From positions 60,361 to 124,360 of the IMG/VR virus record IMGVR_UViG_3300042305_002284: 64,000 bases of DNA. One strand, given 5' to 3'. The stretch's first letter is position 1. The number at the start of each line of letters is the position of its first letter. This stretch comes from a virus. The position numbers and the translations under genes are program-made. The notes under the pieces are model-generated. The model was not told the DNA's origin. It saw nothing but the letters and a program-made list of their open reading frames with translations, and did no database searches. Of the stretch, positions 46,732 through 54,087 are shown in pieces.

Positions 46732-48273
46732 ATGAGTGGATCTAAACTACTGGAACAAGCAATCGTAGACGCGCAGGCCCTACGAGATTCAGCATACAAA
46801 AGTGCGCAAGCAGCACTGTTGGAAAAGTTTGCTCCACAAGTAAAAGAAGCAGTAGAAAAGCTCTTGGAACAAGACGACAAAGAAGAACCCGGTGCCGACA
46901 CTCCATCACCAAGCGATGCTCTTGCTGGTGGACAAAGTGATATGCCAACCGTTGATTTTGGTGGCGCGCCGCCAGATGAATCAAATAAGGGTTATGTTGC
47001 TGGAACTGCAGCAGATATTCCACTTGCGGCAACAGATGGAGAAAAACTTTGTCCTTGCCCTGATGACGATGAAGAGGTTTCATTAGAAATAAATCTTGCC
47101 GATCTTGCTGATCAACTACAAATAGGCGACAAAGAAGAACCAGGTTCTATGGGTATAGAACAAACTCCCCCAGCAATAGGCGGAACTGGCCTAACAGAAA
47201 ATCTTGAACTTGAAAGCATTGAACTTGAAGAAGATGTGGTTGAAGAAGTAGAAGTAGACTTAGATGAAGCACTCAATGAAGTTGATGAACTTCCAAACTA
47301 TGAAGCGGGTAGCGAAGAACAATCATTCCACAAGTCTTCACTACAACAACAGCCAACTCACGCCGTTCGTCTAGAACTATCTCCAGAAAATCAAGAGAAA
47401 TACGATCTATTGTATAGTTCTTTCAACGATCAAGAAATATCTTCTATACTACAACTGTCAAAAGATCGTTTAGGGAAGTTTTTAGATCGCTATGAAATGT
47501 CAGCAGATAAACAAACTCTGGTAAAAAAGATGCCAGTTCAAACAGAGCCAGTACCGGGGGCAGAAGAACCGGCAGGTCCATCTGCGATGGCAGAAGAAGA
47601 AAAGAAACTTTCTGCAAAACAACAAAAAATAGCCAGTGCTGCTCCACCAGCAAACAAAATAACCGGCGCTGACTTTGCTGCGCTCAAAGCAGATAAAAAA
47701 GATTTAGAAGAAAATGCCCATGAAGACTGGTTGGCAGATCAGGCAGCCCCATATGGTAAAATAACGCCAGCAGATTGTATGACAATAGTGAAAAAAGCAA
47801 ACCAAAAACAAATAGGCATAAAAGAATCAAAGCAATTACTGACAGCATCACAAGTTCTCCTAAAAGAAGTTGAGAGCAAAGATGCAAGAATAAACAAACT
47901 CTTGGAAGAGAATAAATCCTTCTCTTCCACCGTAGAACAAATGTCTCAGGCATTCAAGAAACTTGAAGAAGTAAATCTACTGAATGCCAGACTGTTTTAT
48001 GAAAATCAGATCTTGAAAAGCGCCTCCTTGAATGAGCGACAAAAAACACAAATTGTCGAAGCTGTTTCTAGGGCTGATTCTGTTAGTGAAGCAAAAACGA
48101 TATATGAAGCACTGATCAGTTCAGTGGGTGGTCTTGCAAAAGAAGAACGTTCACCAAAATCACTGAACGAAGCGATTAGTAAAAAGAGTTCATTCCGTTT
48201 GCCACACAAACAAGTAGAACAACCAGGTGATCCAAATAAAGATCGTTGGTTGAAATTAGCCGGTATCAAATGA
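46732..48273 (+). CDS. gp22: Prohead core scaffolding protein (T4 gp22-like)
   Basis: Very acidic, C-terminal coiled coil, many LxE sites, terminal RWLKLAGIK; immediately upstream of the MCP. Confidence 0.8.
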   Translation: MSGSKLLEQAIVDAQALRDSAYKSAQAALLEKFAPQVKEAVEKLLEQDDKEEPGADTPSPSDALAGGQSDMPTVDFGGAPPDESNKGYVAGTAADIPLAATDGEKLCPCPDDDEEVSLEINLADLADQLQIGDKEEPGSMGIEQTPPAIGGTGLTENLELESIELEEDVVEEVEVDLDEALNEVDELPNYEAGSEEQSFHKSSLQQQPTHAVRLELSPENQEKYDLLYSSFNDQEISSILQLSKDRLGKFLDRYEMSADKQTLVKKMPVQTEPVPGAEEPAGPSAMAEEEKKLSAKQQKIASAAPPANKITGADFAALKADKKDLEENAHEDWLADQAAPYGKITPADCMTIVKKANQKQIGIKESKQLLTASQVLLKEVESKDARINKLLEENKSFSSTVEQMSQAFKKLEEVNLLNARLFYENQILKSASLNERQKTQIVEAVSRADSVSEAKTIYEALISSVGGLAKEERSPKSLNEAISKKSSFRLPHKQVEQPGDPNKDRWLKLAGIK

Positions 48274-48301
48274 TACCAAATATATTCACAGGAGTTATAA
48301 A

Positions 48302-49987
48302 ATGTCAGTTATCAAAAAATTAACAGAAGGCGTCGTAAAGCGTGACCTTGAAAAAGAAGGTGGTGCTCTACTAAGCAAATGGTCAGAAACAGGTCTACTC
48401 GAAGGTATAGGCGATGATCGTGCTAAATCTTCAATGGCTCGTCTATTAGAAAATCAGGCTCAGGAACTACTCCGCGAAGCCAACACAATGTCAGGAGGTG
48501 ATGTAGAAGGTTTTGCCGCTGTTGCGTTCCCAATAGTGCGCCGTGTATTCGGTTCACTTATTGCGAATGAACTTGTTAGCGTTCAACCAATGAGTCTACC
48601 AAGTGGTCTAATCTTCTTCCTTGACTTCCAGTTTGAGCGTACACGCGGCGCCAATCTACAAGATACCTCAATATTTGGTGGTGGTGTTGTTGGTTCACAA
48701 CTCACTGGCGGTGTCAGTCTTTCAGGTGTAAATGCTGAAAACTCACTCCGTGCTCTAAACCAAGGTTATTCACTACCAACTGGCAGTGGTAACGTTACAC
48801 TAACACTTGTCACCTCGGGAACCTTTGGTGCTGGTGGTACTCTTGACAAACTTTGTAGGTTTGATGCTGACTTTGTCAGTGGTTCAACCAAAGTCGCAAT
48901 ATTTACTGTTTCAGGGAGCAGTCTAACTGCACTTGATAAGAGCAGTCTTATTGCGATCAATGCTACACTACCAAGCGGCTCACTTGTTCGTCGCCTAACC
49001 GACAAAACAGATTCAACCGGTCTTGTCGACACTAGCGGTGAAACCTATACCCACATTCGTCTTGTAGTTGCCAGCGAAACACTTGCTCCAACTCTACTTG
49101 ACGACAATGCTGGTTCTCGTGCGCTAACTTGGCCAATTGCTGATGTTATTGGTAACGTTGGTCTTGACGCACAAGGTGCTGTTGTTGCTTCGCAGGTAAC
49201 CTTTGAAGGCGAAGCAAACATTCCAGAAATTGATATCAAAGTTGACAGTGTTGCTGTAACTGCCAAGACCCGCAAGCTCAAGGCAAAATGGACACCAGAA
49301 CTTGGTCAAGACCTCAATGCATACCACAATCTTGATGCAGAAGTTGAACTCACTTCAATTCTGTCAGAACAGATTGGTCTTGAAATTGATCAAGAAATGC
49401 TTGGTGAACTTGTCAAAGGTGCAACCGCTGCAACACTATATTGGTCACGCCGCCCAGGTAAATTCGTAGATCGTACAACCGGTCTTGCGATTGCCAGTGG
49501 TGTAAGTGATCCAAATGGTGCTGACTTCACCGGTAATGTCAGTATGTGGTACGAAACCCTTGTTGAAACAATCAACGATGTAAGTGCTGCAATTCACCGT
49601 AAAACACTTCGCGGCGGCGCAAACTTTGTTGTTTGTGGTCCAGAAGTTGCCAACATCCTTGAATTCACCAGTGGCTTCCGTGCCAATGTTGTTCATGATG
49701 ATGCCAAGGGCACAATCGGTGCTGTCAAAGCAGGTTCACTCAGCAAGAAATGGGATGTCTTTGTTGACCCATACTTCCCACGCAACCTGATCCTTGTTGG
49801 TCGTAAAGGCAATAGTTTCCTCGAAAGTGGATTCGTATATGCCCCATATGTACCACTACAAGTTACACCAACCATCTTTGGAACCGAAGATTTCGTTCCA
49901 AGAAAAGGTGTGATGACACGCTACGCCAAGAAGATGGTTAGACCAGACATGTATGGCCTCGTAGTCGTACAAGACCTACTTGGTTGA
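48302..49987 (+). CDS. gp23: Major capsid protein (T4 gp23-like)
   Basis: KWSETGLLEG, LLENQA, FPIVRRVF, VSVQPMSLPSGLIFF, AKTRKLKAKWTPELGQDL, YAPYVPL, TRYAK. Confidence 0.96.
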   Translation: MSVIKKLTEGVVKRDLEKEGGALLSKWSETGLLEGIGDDRAKSSMARLLENQAQELLREANTMSGGDVEGFAAVAFPIVRRVFGSLIANELVSVQPMSLPSGLIFFLDFQFERTRGANLQDTSIFGGGVVGSQLTGGVSLSGVNAENSLRALNQGYSLPTGSGNVTLTLVTSGTFGAGGTLDKLCRFDADFVSGSTKVAIFTVSGSSLTALDKSSLIAINATLPSGSLVRRLTDKTDSTGLVDTSGETYTHIRLVVASETLAPTLLDDNAGSRALTWPIADVIGNVGLDAQGAVVASQVTFEGEANIPEIDIKVDSVAVTAKTRKLKAKWTPELGQDLNAYHNLDAEVELTSILSEQIGLEIDQEMLGELVKGATAATLYWSRRPGKFVDRTTGLAIASGVSDPNGADFTGNVSMWYETLVETINDVSAAIHRKTLRGGANFVVCGPEVANILEFTSGFRANVVHDDAKGTIGAVKAGSLSKKWDVFVDPYFPRNLILVGRKGNSFLESGFVYAPYVPLQVTPTIFGTEDFVPRKGVMTRYAKKMVRPDMYGLVVVQDLLG

Positions 49988-50023
49988 TAAATAAACTGGC
50001 TTCACAAAGCCATTTTAGAGATG

Positions 50024-50052
50024 ATGCCTGCGCAAGCGGGCATTTTCTTTTT
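50024..50052 (+). terminator. Rho-independent terminator after the MCP
   Basis: atgcctgc-GCAA-gcgggcat stem with GNRA loop, followed by tttcttttt. Confidence 0.85.
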
Positions 50053-50119
50053 GTTGCGTTATAACGCCATTACTAACTACTTACACTGTGCTAGACTGAT
50101 CTCAACAGGGAGACATAGT

Positions 50120-50693
50120 GTGCCAAAACTAAAAACAATAAATGATTTTATAACCGATGCAATAAGAAAACACGGGAACAAATACTTTCTGGAAGTTTGG
50201 CATCGGCAACAAGTGATAGATTTGCAACATCTGTTGCAAGCAATGCAAACGGAAATAAAATAGTTGTTGGAGCAATCAATGATGAAAAGACCGGTACGAA
50301 CGGAGAAGGATTGGCATATGTATTTTCTAGTGGTAGTAGTGGGTGGAGCGAGGAACACATATTGAGCGGCTCGCTTGCCACAACTCTCCTTGATAACTTT
50401 GGATATTCTGTGAATATAAACAGTACGGGTGAATATATCGTAGTGGGTGCTCCTGATGACGAATCTCCTGCAAATGCGGCCAGTTCTGGTCTTGCATATG
50501 TGTTTGTCAGTGATTCTGGTGGTTGGTCAGAAAACAGATTTTATCTGGAACGTTCGCTACTGGTTCTAACGAGCGTTTTGGTATGTCTGTTATCATAAAT
50601 TCAAGCGGCAATCTTATAGCAGTTTCTGCGCCTGGTGATGAGTCGGGGTCACTTTCTGATTCTGGCTATACTTACATATTTGAAGCGCGATAA
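50120..50693 (+). pseudogene. Chimeric remnant: 22-codon homing-endonuclease-like N-terminus joined out of frame to three FG-GAP blades with a further frameshift
   Basis: GGGAG RBS + GTG PKLKTINDFITDAIRKHGNKY; then ILSGSLASATSDRFA...; a missing A at ~50531-50534 breaks the frame, restoring gives KQILSGTFATGSNERFG...GYTYIFEAR-stop. Confidence 0.7.
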
Positions 50694-50759
50694 AAGATAA
50701 TCACTTTTTTTGTTACCATATCGTTAATGGTTGCTTATTTTCTTTTATTATTAGTTACA

Positions 50760-50797
50760 ACTATTTATATTAGTCCAATAGGAGACTAATATAAATG
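50760..50797 (+). promoter_or_regulatory. Late promoter motif ACTATTTAT overlapping a 13-bp inverted repeat that covers the RBS/start codon
   Basis: atttatattagtc (50763-50775) / gactaatataaat (50784-50796); loop caatagga. Confidence 0.7.
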
Positions 50798-52111
50798 TCT
50801 GTTCCCGTTCTAACGCCAAAACAACAAACAAGTGCTATAATACTACCAGCAACTGGAACTCTTATAAATGTTGTTCCTAATTTGCCAATTGGTGTTTATG
50901 CTGATAGTAACGATTTTAGACTTGGAGCAGTAGATCAAGTTGCCTATACGTATAAAATGATAGGTGGAGATGTTCTCGATATAGAAATAACAGAAGGACA
51001 AGTATATGCTGCCTACGAAGATGCAACGCTTACTTATTCTTATCTTGTTAATCTACATCAAGCAAAAAATGCCATTGGAACACTTCTTGGTTCTCCAACT
51101 GGTACCTTTGATAGTGATGGTGAAATAAAAAGCGGTAGCGCCCTTTTTGATCTTGTAAATCAGAACGGTTCTTTGAGTCTTGCTTATCCGATGTATGATA
51201 TTACATCAGTAAGAGATATTGCTGATGCATTTTCACACGAAGCTGGTATTGGCGGAAGAGTGGACATCTATTCTGCTTCTTTTGACGCTATCCCGGATAC
51301 ACAAGACTATGATTTACAAATGATAGTTTCAAGTTCGGCAAGCGATCCAAATTCTCCGCTGTTTGGAAAAGTAGCACCAGGAAGCAGAATAACAGTAAAA
51401 AAAGTATTTTATAAATCTGCACGTGCTATGTGGAGGTTTTATGGATATTATGGTGGTCTAAATGCAGTAGGAAACCTTTCTACATATGGTCAATATGCTG
51501 ACGACAGCACGTTTGAGATCATACCAGCATGGCATAATAAACTTCAAGCAATGGCATATGAGGATAATATCTATACTCGTATCTCTCACTATTCTTATGA
51601 ATTAAAAAATAATAAACTTCGTCTTTTTCCGATTCCCGATTCAACCGACATAAGAACATTTTGGTTTGAGTTCAGTGTTGGTAGTGGAAATGGTTCAAAT
51701 ATTGGTATAGGTAATCTATCTGGTTCTTCTTATGTCGCGGCAAACAACAAAGATCCCAGAATAGGTGGAGTAAATAATATAAATACTTTACCTTTTTCAA
51801 ACATACCGTTTGAAAACATAAATGCAATAGGCAAACACTGGATTCGTCGCTATGCTCTTGCTGTGGCAAAAGGTATGCTTGCAGAGATTCGTAGTAAGTT
51901 CCAGACGATACCAATACCTGGTGAAAGTGTAACTCTAAATGGCGCTGATCTGCGTGCGCAAAGTAAAGAAGAAAAAGACGCTCTCAAAGAAGAGTTACTA
52001 AAAATACTTGAGGATACAGACTACGCAATACTGGCTGAAAAGCGAACTGCTATGTCTGATAATGCAAATAAAACATTGGCAGCAATACCAAATATTATAT
52101 TTGTTGGATAG
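50795..52111 (+). CDS. gp13: Neck/head-tail adaptor protein (T4 gp13-like)
   Basis: GGDVLDIEITEGQV, WIRRYALAVAKGMLAEIRSKF, IPGESVTLNG; position after the MCP. Confidence 0.75.
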   Translation: MSVPVLTPKQQTSAIILPATGTLINVVPNLPIGVYADSNDFRLGAVDQVAYTYKMIGGDVLDIEITEGQVYAAYEDATLTYSYLVNLHQAKNAIGTLLGSPTGTFDSDGEIKSGSALFDLVNQNGSLSLAYPMYDITSVRDIADAFSHEAGIGGRVDIYSASFDAIPDTQDYDLQMIVSSSASDPNSPLFGKVAPGSRITVKKVFYKSARAMWRFYGYYGGLNAVGNLSTYGQYADDSTFEIIPAWHNKLQAMAYEDNIYTRISHYSYELKNNKLRLFPIPDSTDIRTFWFEFSVGSGNGSNIGIGNLSGSSYVAANNKDPRIGGVNNINTLPFSNIPFENINAIGKHWIRRYALAVAKGMLAEIRSKFQTIPIPGESVTLNGADLRAQSKEEKDALKEELLKILEDTDYAILAEKRTAMSDNANKTLAAIPNIIFVG

Positions 52112-52131
52112 TTTATAGAGTGGTAATATAA

Positions 52132-52926
52132 ATGGCAAGAAAAAAGAAAATAGAACAAGAAAAATGGAGTCAGCCAGAACAACCTCCTCCCCCTATGTTT
52201 TTGGGGAAGAAGGAGCGAGATCTAACAAAGCAAGTAAATGACGAACTTATTGAAAGAGTTATAGGTCAAACTATTATTTATTTTCCTATTAACATAAAAA
52301 ATAGTGATTTTCATTCTCTTTATGGAGAATCAATAAATAAAACTTTTCTAAGACCAATTATAATAAAAGCCCTTGTAAAAATAGAACAAAACGAAACATC
52401 AACAGAAATATACGGTCTTGATAAAACTTCAAGAATAACAGTAAATTTACACAAAAGAAGACTTACAGAAGACCAAGATCTTTATGTAAGAGAAGGTGAT
52501 ATAGTTTTCTATGGTTTGACTTTTTATGAAGTTGTAAAACTTGCCGAACCTCGCCCATTATTTGGTCAAGTAGAGCACAAAATGGAAATACAAGCAACTT
52601 GTGTTCGTGTAAGAGAGGGTTTTTTCAACGAGCCAATAGATGCGATACAGGCAAGAGAACAAAAAAGACTAAGACCACAAACTCCAATAGAAGATATCAT
52701 ACAAGATGTTTGTGGAGGAAAAATATCTATTATTTCAGGGAGAAGAACATCATATCTAAGAGCACAATTTTTAGATTATGTAAACAATCCTGGAACTTAT
52801 GCTGGTTGCGTTATTTATCTGACAGAAATAGATAATGATGAAATATATGGAGTTTTCAATAAGGCAAATAAATTTTATTTCAATGAAAACGGCGTTTGGT
52901 TTGAAAGCACTTTTTTTGGAGAATAA
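52132..52926 (+). CDS. gp14: Neck/head-completion protein (T4 gp14-like) with extra C-terminal domain
   Basis: VNDELIERVIGQTIIYF, HSLYGE, VREGDIV..YEVVK; follows gp13-like gene. Confidence 0.65.
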   Translation: MARKKKIEQEKWSQPEQPPPPMFLGKKERDLTKQVNDELIERVIGQTIIYFPINIKNSDFHSLYGESINKTFLRPIIIKALVKIEQNETSTEIYGLDKTSRITVNLHKRRLTEDQDLYVREGDIVFYGLTFYEVVKLAEPRPLFGQVEHKMEIQATCVRVREGFFNEPIDAIQAREQKRLRPQTPIEDIIQDVCGGKISIISGRRTSYLRAQFLDYVNNPGTYAGCVIYLTEIDNDEIYGVFNKANKFYFNENGVWFESTFFGE

Positions 52927-52928
52927 AT

Positions 52929-53144
52929 GTGAAACTAAATATACTAAAAGTTTCCGGTAAAAGAACAAGCACACAAAGAAGTTTGTTTTTAGATTTATAT
53001 AATAATCCAGAATTATACAAAGGTTATGTAATATATCTAACAGAAATAGATAATGATGAGATATATGGAGTTTTTAACAAGCCAAGAAAATTTTATTTCA
53101 ATGAGAATGCCGTATGGCATGAAAGTCCTTTTTATAATGGTTGA
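52929..53144 (+). CDS. Stand-alone copy of the C-terminal domain of the preceding neck protein (GTG start)
   Basis: GGAG RBS; VIYLTEIDNDEIYGVFNK..KFYFNEN.VW.ES.F identical in both. Confidence 0.65.
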   Translation: MKLNILKVSGKRTSTQRSLFLDLYNNPELYKGYVIYLTEIDNDEIYGVFNKPRKFYFNENAVWHESPFYNG

Positions 53145-53168
53145 TACATATTATATGGAAATAAAAAA

Positions 53169-54020
53169 ATGAGCGATACCACCGAATACGAAAGAAGAGG
53201 TCTAGAAAAAAATCAAATTTCTATTGAGCCTTCAACAATAGAAACAATTGATCTCGCTGTTTATGAATGGCTTGATAAAACCATGAATATTCATACTCAC
53301 ACAAATCGTGGTTGGAAGAAAGTACCAGTTATTTGGGAATCCGGAGAGCGTAGTTATCAAATAAAGTTTGATAAAAACCTGCGAGACATAAATGGTAACT
53401 TTATATTACCAGTTATTATGTTACAAAGAGAAAATATAACAAAAAGTTTATCTAAAAAAGGAACATTTTATGCCAATGTTCCACCAGATGACTTCCGTGG
53501 CGGAGTTGTAACTGTTACAAAACAAATATCCCAAGAAAAGTCAAACAACTATGCTAAAAGCAATAACTACAAAAAAACAATACAATATAATGTAAAAGAA
53601 AAAAATGAAAAAATTGTTTATGAAGTAACCAAAATACCACTACCAACATATATTGATGTAAGGTATATTATAACAATAAATACAGAATATCAACAACAAA
53701 TAAACGAAATAATACAACCATTTATGACTTACACTGCTGGAATAAATCATTTTATGGTTTCCAGAGAAGAACATAGATACGAAGCATTTTTTGATAAAGA
53801 TTCAAGTTTCAAAAATGGCGGCAATATAACAAAGTTAGAACAAGAAAACAGATTGTTTATAACTGACTTTTCACTAAACGTTTTGGGTTATTTACTTGGT
53901 GCCGGCGCTAACAGCGAAAAACCAAAAGTTGTTACAAGTGAAACAATAGTAGAAGTAAAAATACCAAGAGAAAAAGAAATGTTTGGTGAAAGCACGGAAA
54001 ATGACAAGAAGAAGTATTAG
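53169..54020 (+). CDS. Tail terminator/completion protein (T4 gp15-like)
   Basis: KVPVIWESGER, ILPVIMLQR, PLPTYIDVRYIITI; directly before the sheath. Confidence 0.6.
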   Translation: MSDTTEYERRGLEKNQISIEPSTIETIDLAVYEWLDKTMNIHTHTNRGWKKVPVIWESGERSYQIKFDKNLRDINGNFILPVIMLQRENITKSLSKKGTFYANVPPDDFRGGVVTVTKQISQEKSNNYAKSNNYKKTIQYNVKEKNEKIVYEVTKIPLPTYIDVRYIITINTEYQQQINEIIQPFMTYTAGINHFMVSREEHRYEAFFDKDSSFKNGGNITKLEQENRLFITDFSLNVLGYLLGAGANSEKPKVVTSETIVEVKIPREKEMFGESTENDKKKY

Positions 54021-54044
54021 GCGTTTCTTTTGAAACTGGCACCT

Positions 54045-54053
54045 ACTATTTAT
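54045..54053 (+). promoter_or_regulatory. Putative late promoter ACTATTTAT for the sheath-tube operon
   Basis: Exact motif upstream of AGGAG and ATG 54088. Confidence 0.6.
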
Positions 54054-54087
54054 TTATGAAATACATGGTATATAGGAGTATTCTATA

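Noticed and set aside
27095-49987. Introns or inteins in TerL, protease or MCP
   Set aside because: ORFs are continuous with normal motif spacing; only the portal has an insertion
50021-50263. 80-aa ORF after the MCP as a real gene
   Set aside because: It starts inside the terminator; only the part from GTG 50120 has an RBS and recognisable sequence, so it is treated as part of the pseudogene
16900-50794. tRNA or structured ncRNA in the larger intergenic gaps (16900-17004, 49988-50119, 50694-50794)
   Set aside because: No cloverleaf or T-loop GTTCGA pattern seen; only simple hairpins. A covariance-model search would be needed to exclude novel RNAs
52816-53117. Near-identical repeat pair as a diversity-generating retroelement TR/VR
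   Set aside because: Mismatches are not adenine-specific (C/T and G/C changes, many synonymous) and no reverse transcriptase is in the window; the same applies to the FG-GAP copy at 50180-50693
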